This document shows positions 50,217 to 63,400 of a DNA stretch of 64,000 nucleotides, in pieces. The position numbers and the translations under genes are program-made. The notes under the pieces are model-generated. The model did not search any database, was not told the DNA's origin, and was given only the letters and a program-made list of their open reading frames with translations. The stretch comes from Gnetum montanum. Its lineage: Eukaryota > Plantae > Gnetophyta. The stretch spans positions 491,754-555,753 of the forward strand of contig MNCI01003473.1 of NCBI GenBank assembly GCA_015680685.1, read 5' to 3'. Within the stretch, counting starts at the first letter, position 1, and every line of letters starts with the position of its first letter.

Positions 50217-50805
50217 TGATGAGTCATGAAGTTTTTGGCTATGATATCGCATACACAATATTGCGGATGTGATATCACAGCCTAGACACGATATCGCGTA
50301 CGTGATATCGCAATCTACTTCCTCATCTATAAATAAGAGGTAGGTAGATTTAGTGGGGAGTCTTAGGTATTTTGAAGTTGAAGTTCAGTAGTTTTGTAGA
50401 GACTCTTGGTCAGTTTTCTTCTCAACTCTTTTCTCCTAGTGCATGCCCATAGTGTGGTGATTGTAATTGTATGGCATCCTTATTTGAGTGTGATGTACTT
50501 GGACATGCACATGATTGGCAATAAAGATCGAGATTACTTCATCATTGCAGCATCCACTTAACTTAATTATTTATTTAATTGTTATTTATTGCTTTCTTAG
50601 TTAATATCTCTTCACCTTTATCTCCTAGTAACGCAGAATCAGTACAGCTTAATCACGAGCATTCAAGTGTGACTACTTGGTAACCCAGTAGCGTACTTAG
50701 GCCATGCACTTGGTAATCCCAGTGGTAGTCGTGCACAAGGTCCAAGATGTGTACGGATAATTAAGGAATGGATGCCCATCGCACTTAGGCTAGTTAGATT
50801 CTCTA

Positions 50806-50838
<33 letters not shown>

Positions 50839-51086
50839 TAGTTTAGTCGATATTATTTACCATCATACCCAAGAGTAGCATTAGTGTAGGAACACATCAT
50901 ACACCTCACTCTGGACTAAACCATATGTGACAAAGCTAATACTAGTCCAAGTGGGAAGACATCGAACTGCGATCTAAGGGTAACTGTCTAGATACCACAA
51001 CTAGTTCGTCTGCGGAGTTCGACCAGATTGTGCGTGAAACACTTGTATTCGTATGGTTGAGTGTAGGGGTACCTCGCCACTCATCA
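50217..51086 (+). mobile_element. Athila-like solo LTR with TSD CTTAT/CTTAC
   Basis: tgatgag...ctcatca; 5-bp flanks at 50212-50216 and 51087-51091 differ by one transition. Confidence 0.93.
50801..50838 (+). repeat. (CT)n microsatellite expanded inside the solo LTR
   Basis: ctctatctctctctctctctctctctctttctctctct; sister LTRs have only a short pyrimidine tract here. Confidence 0.9.
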
Positions 51087-51963
51087 CTTACCATGAACAA
51101 GGCATTATGGAACACTTGGAATGTCTCTTAATGATGCTCTAATGTTAGCAAAATGTCATTGGCTTGTTGACTCTAAGAAATGATATGGCCCATACTATTT
51201 TATCTCTTCACCTCCCCTACACTCTTCCCTCTTAAAGAACTATGTGTTTGATTTCATTCTAGCCATAAATACATATACAACCTAAATAGGAAGAAGTTGC
51301 AAGGTAGTTCTTTTATGAGAGATTGTGAGGGTCTAGGGTAACCCACCTACTAAAGATACATCAATGACATCCACTAATGTGCGATAGTTTATTGTATCTA
51401 AATAACTTATCTTAAAAGTAATCTGGTAGGCTTTAGGTTACCATATGCGGTGAGTCTCCGAATGTAATTCTTAAACAAAGTAGGCATAATTCTCAAGTCT
51501 TTCATGTGAAGAAACACAAAGAAATTCCATGTTCATCCATGAAAGCCAAGGAAGGGAATTCAAAATCATAAAACAAAGGCACATTTCACTTTTTAATGGT
51601 ACAAACACACATAGACACAAATAAAGGGAATAAATTGTCTAACCCAACAATCAATCATTCACAGAGTAGCAATAAGGCTAAATCCATAAACAAAGCCACA
51701 GCTAAACTCTGGAATAATAAATCCACTTTTTGATCACCTACATGTGTGTTGTTCAAGTCAAAAGAGGCTTTTATGACAACCTTGTAAGCTAATGAGTGGT
51801 CCATTGAAATAACTTTTATAAGGAAATTTAGCAAGGTTAACTCCACGATTGTAGGTACTGAATTAAAATTCTTAATTTTTTGTAGTGATATAGTGGAGGA
51901 TGTTTTAAGTGTCATGGAACTATTTGCAAATGATTGAAGTAAATGAAATGTTCAAATGTTAAG

Positions 51964-52438
51964 CTTGAGGGGTGGTGTTAAAGATTTAGTATGTTTATCA
52001 AAATTCAACATTTTAAAAAACTTATATAATGTGTTTACTGTGGTTATATATTATTATCACCATAGTGATGTCACCATCATGGTGAAGTACCATCCTTTGA
52101 TTTAATATATTATCTATATTAATTGCTAATTAATTAATTTTTAACCAATAAGTATGCCTTGAAACAATTGACATAACACTTACACTAAGACTATAAATAC
52201 TTATGTGTATAGAAAATTAGTAGTATAAAAAAAGTGTATTTAGTTTGCATCTCAAATAAATCCTTGTTTTTCTCAATTTACATGCACTCAACTCTATTTT
52301 GTAGTGTTCACACATCCCCAATGTTGTTACCAAATAGGTTGATTGTACATCAACCAACATCAATATAATTGTTTATTAATTCTTCAACCTTGTAATTACA
52401 TTGATCATAGAAAACTTAATAGGGTTTTGGCTATTACA
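51964..52438 (+). mobile_element. Probable copia-type PPT plus 3' LTR relic
   Basis: ttgaggggtgg followed by TGTTA at 51976, ctataaata at 52191, and a candidate TTACA end at 52438. Confidence 0.45.
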
Positions 52439-53260
52439 TTTGGTGAGGTTCCTTAAATTAAGTTACATGGAAGGTAATTCCTGCAGAGTAAGTATAATTC
52501 CCAAGTCTTTCATGCGAGCAAGTCCAAAGAAATTCCATTAAAGGCGTCTAAAGTGACTCGGGAACATGGTTACCATGAATTTTTTACTGCCATCGCCCAT
52601 GAAAACAAGGAAAAGGAGATGCAAACCCTAAAGCAAGAGCAGATCTCACTTTTTACTGGTACAAACAGACATGGACCCAAATAAAGGATGTAATCTTCCT
52701 AACCCACCATGAATCGGTGGACGACAAAGCAGGACTAGTCAAGGAAACCCTGCAAATGCAATGATAAATCTACTTTTTAAGGCATTTACAAGGAAGAAGG
52801 ACTAGTCAAGGAAACCGTGAAGGGCAAGGGCCTGCCCACATAAAAAGGAACGTCCGCGTGCGCTCAAATTTTTTATTCTTCATCGTTGCTGCTGCATGTG
52901 AGCTGTTCCAAGTCAAAAGATGCTCTTCTTTTCATTTTCGTTTCAGACCGTGCAAAGCAAAAATTTCAGGCAGGGTTACATTTTTAATAGTTCCATTGAA
53001 TTAATTAATGATGGGGTTAATTGCTTTTATGATTGCGATTGCGACTTGGGTTAACTTGTTTTGTTAGGAAAGTTGTAGACAACGAAAAAAATATATAAGC
53101 CAGATTTTGTGTTTTCTGTTTGCTTTTTTAAACCTCAAATTCATTGATTAGCTGATGCACATATTTCAGGCTCTTTAATTTGGAAAGTAACAACGTGCAG
53201 GGCGCAAGGAGGGAATTAACTATTATGTAGGTCATTTATGCCGGATCATGCATCTGAGCT

Positions 53261-53453
53261 ATGCTTATATGTCTCTGGTCCCTCCGCATGTTGGCCGGTG
53301 CCATCTCATCTATCTTAGATGACCATCATCAGCCATGCTTATGTGTTTTTGGGTCCCACCCCTGCATGTCAGCGGGTTGCTAGCTCATGCATCTTGGATG
53401 ACCATCATCAACCATGCTTATGTGTCTCTAGGTCCCACCCATACGGTGGGACC
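53261..53453. repeat. ~74-79-bp tandem repeat (2.5 units) carrying GGTCCCAC and ending in a perfect hairpin
   Basis: atgcttat starts at 53261, 53335 and 53414; GGTCCCACC-catac-GGTGGGACC at 53431-53453. Confidence 0.85.
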
Positions 53454-54566
53454 CAAGAACACTTGTTTAAATAAAATAAAAAGTGCTTTCATTCTTATCC
53501 AACGGAATAACATAGCAGCATGCATTTCAAATCTAAAGCAAGAAGTTAAGGTTAGGATTCATTTTATTAAGTGATAATCATTTGTTTTTGCTGTTAATTA
53601 ATGTTACTAGTTGTTGCATTTAGTTCATGGGCTAATGTCCAATTCTGCAAATAAATATGCATTAGCATTTTTTTTCCTCAAATTCGACAACTTTTAAGTG
53701 TGAATCCAAAGTTTTTTAAGTTTTTTTATTTTTAAGTACAAACTGGTCAAAATTGGCTCCTCCATGCCATGGTTATCCCTTCATGTTTTCCACACTTTGG
53801 ATTTGGATTTTTAATGGAAGAAATTCTTATGATGATGCATGGTTTCAAATTTATTACTTCCCCAGGGACAATGTCTCGATTGAATATTTATTTTCATTGA
53901 TAAAGCTTTCTACCTAATGTGAAATATTATCTTAAACTAGCTTAGCTGAGAGATATATCTTCGAATAAAACTAAAGTAAGGAGGAATCTAGGTTTAGTTC
54001 CAATTAGTATACCAATATGTTAATCTAGCAAATATATTTAAATTAATATTTAATTCTAAATATTTACAAGAAATTTAATTTTTGCTCTTTGTTTGCTTAA
54101 TTTTTTAGAGGGTAAGCTTAAGTTTACCACAACATAGTTGTGCGAGCTAACCAACCAATCAACAACTAATGCTTAGTTCTTTGTTTTCTTAATTATTTGT
54201 AAATGAGATTCTATTTTTTGTTGTTGCATCCTTACATATTGATTTTTTTTCATTTAAGAAATGTAAATATTATTCGTTAGTATGACATTGATTTTTAATG
54301 CTCTTACCACTAAGCTAACACCTCATTACTTGTATAAATTCCTAATAATTCTTCCATAATCATAAGTTAAATCTTACAAGAAATTAGTTAATTATGTCAT
54401 AATTTTAATAGATAAATCCTATATTTTTATCTCTCTCAAATTTAAATAAAGGTTAAATTATTGAGAACAAAGTTATGATTTATTGTTGAATTTTGATTTC
54501 AAATATAAAACACTTTGGGGTTTCTTTTAGAAATTAAAAGTGCAACTTTAAATGAATATAATTATT

Positions 54567-57500
54567 CAAACAATACTTGTATTAGATTCATCTATAATTA
54601 TTCTAATATGTCATGTTGGCTATATGTCTTTGGGTGTACTTATAGTCAAATTGTTTCAATTCCTAATCGTTCCAAAAAAAAAAGAAAAAAAGGAAAATAG
54701 AAATAGAAATTTGTATATGTATTGATACATAAAATTATTACAATACAAAGTGTTTGTAACATCAAGTGAAAATAACCCAAAAGCGAGAGGAATGTTATGA
54801 AAAGTAAAACCTTTGAACAATTTTAAACATCAATGAATATACATTAAATTATGTTACCCAAAGAATAGCACTAGACAAGCTCATTTCAACAACATTCACA
54901 AACTTAAAATATCTAACAAAAATGTTTTTATGGTATCCCAAGTGTAATATCATGTAAAGAAATAACTACACTTCAACTCAAGGGATACCAACATGTCCAA
55001 CAATAATCTATTACAAAAGAACTTAACATGAAAGTACATGATTGTTACACCCTTCGTGTAAGAAGCCTAACAAATAGTCCAAAGGGCAATCTATCATCAA
55101 TGTGTCAATTTACATCCAAAATACAAGGTGGTACCTTATCAACCGTTTTTCTTCATACAACAACTCCTACCTACATAATAAGGTAGATATGACCTATTAT
55201 AAAACCATCATACCACAAAGTTAGTTCATGGCTACCATAAGTAGATGTCAAACCTACAACCTCCAACCTGCATTCTAAGAAATGAGTGACTAATCTTCTA
55301 CACTCCAGACTCAAGATCAACAGTATTACAATGAACTATCTGTTGTAGTTTAGTACTTAAAACTTCCATTCCAAGAAATCAGCGAGGACTCCTCTACATC
55401 CAAGTTCAACGGCATTACAATGAGCTTTCTACTCTAGTTTGTTTGGTAAAGAGCAATGAGCTTTCCATGTAAAGGGAATAAAAATGCAAAATTAATGCAC
55501 TAACAACAGTTGCACGTACGTTAATTATGGCGCTCGTATCGCTGCTCATTAAGTTTAAAAACTTCACTGTTTTTTTTTTCTTAAACTTTCATTTACCATC
55601 ACAAAGGCAGAAGCTTTTCAGGGTAAAAAGAAAAAAAATCCCCCTGAAAATTAATTAACCAGGGCAGATTGCCAATTGTGATTGCCACGATAAGACGTGC
55701 CTTTGGTTGTTTGTTGTGTTCATGTCAATATATACGGGGGATTTTGTCAATTTTTTTAAATTGGCAAATACATTGATTGACTGATGCACACATTTCAACC
55801 AGAATTTGGTGCAGGGAAAAAAGGAGAAAAGAAAAAAAGTCGAGTGTTGCGGTGCTGATCATGGTTTATGACTTGTTAAGGCCCTAATTATCATTAGCAA
55901 TTAAGAAACCTGAAGTTGCTGCATTTCTTGTTTTAGCAGCCCCATTCTACAAATGAGGCCATTTTGCAAGGATTTGCTTTCATCTCTTGTTTTGTTGCAC
56001 AATTCTGCAACTACCTCTTATACGTTAAACTCATATGTCTAAACTTCGAAGTTTGTAAGCTTGAAACTAGGCCACAATTGGCTCCTCTTAGCAGGGTTAT
56101 CTTTTGATGCTTTCATTCTTGCATGGTATGTTAAAGCATTTGTCAAGCTTTATCATTTTAAATGAAAACGTTCCAATGATGATAAATGGCATGAAATTCA
56201 CTTCCTCACCTGGGACAATGACTATTAAATATTACATCTACCTTCAATTATCTTACCAAATTGTAAATAAATTCATTTTAAAATAAAAAAAAGATGTGAA
56301 AGTTCAAGTTCACATTGAGTTATTGTCTTTAAAAAAAAAACCTCATCATGAAAGGATTTTGTGGCTTAGATCTACGTAAAGTTGTAAACAAATATTTTTT
56401 AATATTATTTATGATTTTTTAAGTCCCATTAAGTATAGGAATATTACCACCAAGCTTCATTTAAGTTCTCATCATTTTAGAATTGATAGTGGAAGATGGA
56501 TTCAACTCCCTGAGAAGAGTGCATTTGTAGGTTGTGCATATCAGGAGCCCTTGAAGATGAGTTACATGTATTTCTTTCTTGTGTTATGACTACTCATTTG
56601 AGACAACGTATGATTTGTTTTTGATGCCCACATTGGTGCTTGGTCAATTTGTAGAGTCCATCTTTATTTTTCATGAAAATGTAATATTTGTCCAATAGAT
56701 CCTATGGGTCTTCAAACATAATAAAGCTTCATTTCATTTCATATTGAATGAATTACATGACTTAGATGCTTTTTATGTTGTTGGTTAACTTGTTAACTTC
56801 TTGAGCTATAGTCTCGATCTTGTAGGTAGCATAATTACATAATGTGGTACAATGATGACCTCTCATGGCAATTGAGTTAAGTATTAAGATAAATTATAGG
56901 GAAATTAGTGCTCTTGCTTAAGACTATGCAGTATTGATTTTAAAGTCTTGGATCCATGACATTTGAATATAAATATATTAGTTTCTTTATTGTGTGCAAA
57001 TATCTTGGATAATAATGATTTGTTTACCTCTTGGTGCATTGGGGAGTACAAATAAAGGACAAATTATGGATAATAATTTCCTTTATATTGTAGGTAGCAT
57101 TTTGATAATTAAGTGTATTCTTTTTTGTGGCATACCAGATACTATTGGTTCAGGAGAGGTTATTTATTTGAGGTCATACTCATTATGAATGTTGAATGTT
57201 TGATGTGTTAATTTTATTAACAGCGCAACTAACTTCATTCATTTCAATGTGATTTTATTAAGTTTTATCTTATTCTATCAACATACTTCTATTTTGATAG
57301 TGACCTAGATCATTACATCAGTTAAAATGTGTAAAAATTAGTTTCTAAGTTAGCATAAATTCAAAATGTGATTGTCTAAATCCTTAAACCCTAGGATAAG
57401 AATGAGAATGAGAAATAGTTATCCTATTTGTCAACTTATTATGTAGTCCATTGTTGCAACTTTCAGTTACTACTATCAATATTCAAATCACAATAATCAT

Positions 57501-58127
57501 TTGCCATATAGAAAACAAAAATTTTTATCAATAGACTAATTTCTTAGTGTTTAGAATTTATTTATACCTATTCATTAGTTCGACTTGATTGATGATGGTT
57601 CCTAAAGTTCTACAGTTTTGCGAGTAATTTCTTGATATGTATTCCTTATATATCATTTGAAAAATTTAGAATATCAACTTTATATCAATGTTCTCAGAGC
57701 AAACATGGGAAGTTGTGCCAAAACCTACATGTTAGCTTTATTAAGATGGTGCTATACTTCAGTTTGAGGAAATGATTAGAACCTACATTAGTTAGAGTAC
57801 TAGTTAAGATTGAATTGTTATGCTTGTATTCCTAAACAACTATGAGTGATGAGATACTGCACTATAGTTTCATTAAGAAAATTGTAATTGTCTTTCAAAT
57901 TTCATTGTGTCCCCAGTGATAGTATACATGTATGAACACATTGATGATGAGTTTGAGGCTAGGCCAATAGGTTGTAAATTTGGTTGATTTGTGTATGGAT
58001 TCTTTGTAAAGCCCCAATTTTGTAGAAGAACACTCTAATACCAAAGAATTGTCATCCTCTATAAAACATGCTTTTACATTGAAGACACTTTGCTCATGCC
58101 AAATTGTAACTAAAATTTGGCCATTTT
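54567..58127 (+). repeat. Copy 1 of a 3.56-kb near-identical direct duplication
   Basis: Colinear with 60442-64000, with scattered SNPs and a few small indels. Confidence 0.95.
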
Positions 58128-58384
58128 TTCTCTTTAAATTTGTTATAAGATTTAGCTCCAAACTCTTATTTTCTACTACAAATTGAAATCTTGTCTATCG
58201 AGGCTAGGCAAAAGGGAAAAATTATCAATAAATATACTAATTTAAGACATGTTGTTCATTAATTTATACTTGAAACATATTAGCACAACTAGATGGCTTC
58301 AATTATAAGTTTTCTTTTAATGTTTCTTTAATTTAAATTTTAACATAAATTTCAAGATTAGTGCTAATAAAAGCTATTTTTATT

Positions 58385-58813
58385 AAGCCACAATATTGCA
58401 TCTACAATATCGCATTGCAACTCTACATACATTATCATTGATGTAATGTAGGGGGTCTTGGTCACCACTGTAAATACCAACACTTGGTTACATCAACTAA
58501 ATAACTTTCATTCTACCCTTAGAGAAATTCTTGTAGTTTGTTTTCATAACTTAGACTTAGTGATAGAGTGAATGCTTGCAGTATGGTGTCAAACGGTTGT
58601 ATAGAATCCTTGTTCAAGTGGATTGTACTTGGGAACAATTCATGAGGAAATAAAGATTGATATCGTTTCTCAACATTGCAACATTACACTTAGTTTCTTT
58701 ATTTTCTACTTAGTCATTTTCTTTACTTAGTTTAATTGTCATTCCTTGAATATGTTTACTTTAGTATAGTTCTTTACATTTCTTAAGTACTTTACTTTTC
58801 TCACATCCATTAG
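58385..58813 (+). mobile_element. Old Athila-like LTR fragment interrupted by a younger family member
   Basis: caatattgca..caatatcgc palindromes, then the conserved block gcagtatggtg..gtacttgg..aataaagattga..cattgcaaca. Confidence 0.7.
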
Positions 58814-60440
58814 TGATGAGTGGCGAGGTACCCCTACACTCAACCATACGAATACNNNNNNNNNNNNNNNNNNNNNNNNNNNNNNNNNNNNNNNNNNNNN
58901 NNNNNNNNNNNNNNNNNNNNNNNNNNNNNNNNNNNNNNNNNNNNNNNNNNNNNNNNNNNNNNNNNNNNNNNNNNNNNNNNNNNNNNNNNNNNNNNNNNNN
59001 NNNNNNNNNNNNNNNNNNNNNNNNNNNNNNNNNNNNNNNNNNNNNNNNNNNNNNNNNNNNNNNNNNNNNNNNNNNNNNNNNNNNNNNNNNNNNNNNNNNN
59101 NNNNNNNNNNNNNNNNNNNNNNNNNNNNNNNNNNNNNNNNNNNNNNNNNNNNNNNNNNNNNNNNNNNNNNNNNNNNNNNNNNNNNNNNNNNNNNNNNNNN
59201 NNNNNNNNNNNNNNNNNNNNNNNNNNNNNNNNNNNNNNNNNNNNNNNNNNNNNNNNNNNNNNNNNNNNNNNNNNNNNNNNNNNNNNNNNNNNNNNNNNNN
59301 NNNNNNNNNNNNNNNNNNNNNNNNNNNNNNNNNNNNNNNNNNNNNNNNNNNNNNNNNNNNNNNNNNNNNNNNNNNNNNNNNNNNNNNNNNNNNNNNNNNN
59401 NNNNNNNNNNNNNNNNNNNNNNNNNNNNNNNNNNNNNNNNNNNNNNNNNNNNNNNNNNNNNNNNNNNNNNNNNNNNNNNNNNNNNNNNNNNNNNNNNNNN
59501 NNNNNNNNNNNNNNNNNNNNNNNNNNNNNNNNNNNNNNNNNNNNNNNNNNNNNNNNNNNNNNNNNNNNNNNNNNNNNNNNNNNNNNNNNNNNNNNNNNNN
59601 NNNNNNNNNNNNNNNNNNNNNNNNNNNNNNNNNNNNNNNNNNNNNNNNNNNNNNNNNNNNNNNNNNNNNNNNNNNNNNNNNNNNNNNNNNNNNNNNNNNN
59701 NNNCCGTGCATGTCGCGTCTCATCATACCCCCATGACTGAATGAAAACTCGTCCTCGAGTTCCTTACAATGATATCAGGTAGGTATGGGATTATTAGGGG
59801 AAACGGAACTAATGGGATGACATGTGAACGGTCTTTATTACAAGACTTGACAAAAACTGGTGTTCATGACAACAAGGGTGAATACCTTATTACAATGACA
59901 TCGGGCCACAGTTGGCAGCAGAGAGAAAAGAGGAGAGAGAATAGAAGAGAAGAAGAGAGAAGAGTCTTGCTGCTGCCAACGCCTAGATTGCGCCTTCCGT
60001 TGTCCATCCGTAAGCGCATTATCAATTCTGCTCCTTGCATAGCGGCTTCAATGCTGCTCCACTCCAAGTGTTTGCTCCAGATCCATTCTGTTGTTGTATG
60101 ATGACCATTTGCACCTACAACACAATCATATATTAGCAAGGGTAATTGAATCATTAAGTAAATCATACCTTGCTTCGGTTTAGGTTCCTTGGCTAAGTTG
60201 TGGTATGGCTAATATGGATCTGGGAAAATGTAGATGATGACTACCGAAGGTATAGGGGTTAGGAAGAAAAACGAAAAAATCCGGGGCTTAGGATAAAAAT
60301 CTAAAAATCAGGCCCCGTACCCCCATGACTAATCGTGAACCTCCGGGAGCGTTAGAATGGAGAAGGGAAAGGAGTAGGAAAGATAGGTAAAAAGGGACAA
60401 CTATGGCATCGGTGAAGGGGATGTCATGATGGAAATGAAC
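58814..60440 (-). mobile_element. Athila-like element 3' end: LTR 58814-59725 (mostly N), PPT and 3' internal region
   Basis: U5 terminus at 58814-58855; LTR start tgatgag at 59725 preceded by agtcatgggggta; 3' UTR shared with 16430-16510; second tagtcatgggggta at 60318-60331. Confidence 0.85.
58856..59703. other. Assembly gap (N run)
   Basis: Run of N; single Ns also at 33006 and 60441. Confidence 1.
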
Positions 60441-60441
60441 N

Positions 60442-63400
60442 CAAACAATACTTGTATTAGATTCATCTATAATTATTCTAATATGTCATGTTGGCTATAT
60501 GTCTTTGGGTGTACTTATAGTCAAATTGTTTCAATTCCTAATCGTTCCAAAAAAGAAAAAAAGAAAAAAAAGGAAAATAGAAATAGAAATTTGTATATGT
60601 ATTGATCCATAAAATTATTACAATACAAAGTGTTTGCAACATCAAGTGAAAATAACCCAAAAGCGAGAGGAATGTTATGAAAAGTAAAACCTTTGAACAT
60701 TTTTAAACATCAATGAATATACATTAAATTATGTTACCCAAAGAATAGCACTAGACAAGCTCATTTCAACAACATTCACAAAATTAAAATATCTAACAAA
60801 AATGTTTTTATGGTATCCCAAGTGTAATATCCTGTAAAGAGATAATTACACTTCAACTCAAGGGATACCAACATGTCCAACAATAATCTATTACAAAAGA
60901 ACTTAACATGAAAGTACATGATTGTTACACCCTTCGTCTAAGAAGCCTAACAAATAATCCAAAGGGCAATCTATCATCAATGTGTCAATTTACATCCAAA
61001 ATACAAGATGGTACCTTATCAACCGTTTTTCTTCGTACAACAACTCCTACCTACATAATAAGGTAGATATGACCTATGATAAGACCATCATACCACAAAG
61101 TTAGTTCATTGCTACCATAAGCAGATGTCAAACCTACAACCTCCATTCTAAGAAATGAGTGACTAATCTTCTACACTCCAGACTCAAGATCAACAGTATT
61201 ACAATGAACTATCTGTTGTAGTTTCGTACTTAAAACTTCCATTCCAAGAAATCAGCGAGGACTCCTCTACATCCAAGTTCAACGGCATTACAATGAGCTT
61301 TCTGCTCTAGTTTGTTTGGTAAAGAGCAATGAGCTTTCCATGTAAAGGGAATAAAAATGCAAAATTAATGCACTAACAACAGTTGCACGTACGTTAATTA
61401 TGGCGCTCGTATCGCTGCTCATTAAGTTTAAAAACTTCACTGTTTTTTTTTTCTTTAACTTTCATTTACCATCACAAAGGCAGAAGCTTTTCAGGGTAAA
61501 AAGAAAAAAATTCCCCCTGAAAATTAATTAACCAGGGCAGATTGCGAATTGTGATTGCCACGATAAGACGTGCCTTTGGTTGTTTGTTGTGTTCATGTCA
61601 ATATATACGGGGGATTTTGTCAATTTTTTTAAATTGGCAAATACATTGATTGACTGATGCACACATTTCAACCAGAATTTGTTGCAGGGAAAAAAGGAGA
61701 AAATAAAAAAAGTCAAGTGTTGCCGTGCTGATCATGGTTTATGACTTGTTAAGGCGCTAATTATCATTAGCAATTAAGAAAACTGAAGTTGCTGCATTTC
61801 TTGTTTTAGCAGCCCCATTCTACAAATGAGGCCATTTTGCAAGGATTTGCTTTCATCTCTTGTTTTGTTGCACAATTCTGCAACTACCTCTTATACGTTA
61901 AACTCATATGTCTAAACTTCGAAGTTTGTAAGCTTGAAACTAGGCCACAATTGGCTCCTCTTAGCAGGGTTATCTTTTGATGCTTTCATTCTTGCATGGT
62001 ATGTTAAAGCATTTGTCAAGCTTTATCATTTTAAATGAAAACGTTCCAATGATGATAAATGGCATGAAGTTCACTTCCTCACATGGGACAATGACTATTA
62101 AATATTACATCTACCTTCAATTATCTTACCAAATTGTAAATAAATTCATTTTAAAATAAAAAAAAGATGTGAAAGTTCAAGTTCACATTGAGTTATTGTC
62201 TTTAAAAAAAAAACCTCATCATGAAAGGATTTTGTGGCTTAGATCTACATAAAGTTGTAAACAAATATTTTTAAATATTATTTATGATTTTTTAAGTCCC
62301 ATTGAGTATAGGAATATTACCACCAAGCTTCATTTAAGTTCTCATCATTTTAGAATTGATAGTGGAAGATGGATTCAACTCCCTGAGAAGAGTGCATTTG
62401 TAGGTTGTGCATATCAGGAGCCCTTGAAGATGAGTTACATGTATTTCTTTCTTGTGTTATGACTACTCATTTGAGACAACGTATGATTTGTTTTTGATGC
62501 CCACATTGGTGCTTGGTCAATTTGTAGAGTCCATCTTTATTTTTCATGAAAATGTAATATTTGTCCAATAGATCCTACGGGTCTTCAAACATAATAAAGC
62601 TTCATTTCATTTCATATTGAATGAATTACATGACTTAGATGCTTTTTATGTTGTTGGTTAACTTGTTAACTTCTTGAGCTATAGTCTCAATCTTGTAGGT
62701 AGCATAATTACATAATGTGGTACAATGATGACCTCTCATGGCAATTGAGTTAAGTATTAAGATAAATTATAGGGAAATTAGTGCTCTTGCTTAAGACTAT
62801 GCAGTATTGATTTTAAAGTCTTGGATCCATGACATTTGAATATAAATATATTAGTTTCTTTATTGTGTGCAAATATCTTGGATAATAATGATTTGTTTAC
62901 CTCTTGGTGCATTGGGGAGTACAGATAAAGGACAAATTATGGATAATAATTTCCTTTAAATTGTAGGTAGCATCTTGATAATTAAGTGTATTCTTGTTTG
63001 TGGCATACCAGATACTATTGGTTCAGGAGAGGTTATTTATTTGAGGTCATACTCATTATGAATGTTGAATGTTTGATGTGTTAATTTTATTAACAGCGCA
63101 ACTAACTTCATTCATTTCAATGTGATTTTATTAAGTTTTATCTTATTCTATCAACATACTTCTATTTTGATAGTGACCTAGATCATTACATCAGTTAAAA
63201 TGTGTAAAGATTAGTTTCTAAGTTAGCATAAATTCAATATGTGATTGTCTAAATCCTTAAACCCTAGGATAAGAATGAGAATGAGAAATAGTTATCCTAT
63301 TTGTCAACTTATTATGTAGTCCATTTTTGCAACTTTCAGTTACTACTATCAATATTCAAATCACAATAATCATTTGCCATATAGAAAACAAAATTTTTTA

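Larger units (their letters stand above)
49400..51350 (-). mobile_element. Possible decayed L1-like LINE RT region, interrupted by a solo LTR
   Basis: Weak, ordered resemblances only (SFLRVNKP..RHSKC; NSLFLE; FLWGSSNIVNFKK; ILGI); homologous to 6390-6640. Confidence 0.3.

Noticed and set aside
52875-52897. miR172-like ...tgctgcat
   Set aside because: Only the 3' end matches and no complementary hairpin arm is visible.
53829-53950. Box C/D snoRNA (atgatga...ctga)
   Set aside because: No terminal stem, and the D box is not conserved in the paralogue at 56177.
56104-56286. 60-aa ORF conserved in both duplicates
   Set aside because: Conservation only reflects near-identical DNA; TTG start, no recognisable domain, not evidently preserved in the older paralogue.
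58761-59740. Three ~300-aa ORFs in the track
   Set aside because: Artefacts of translating the N gap.
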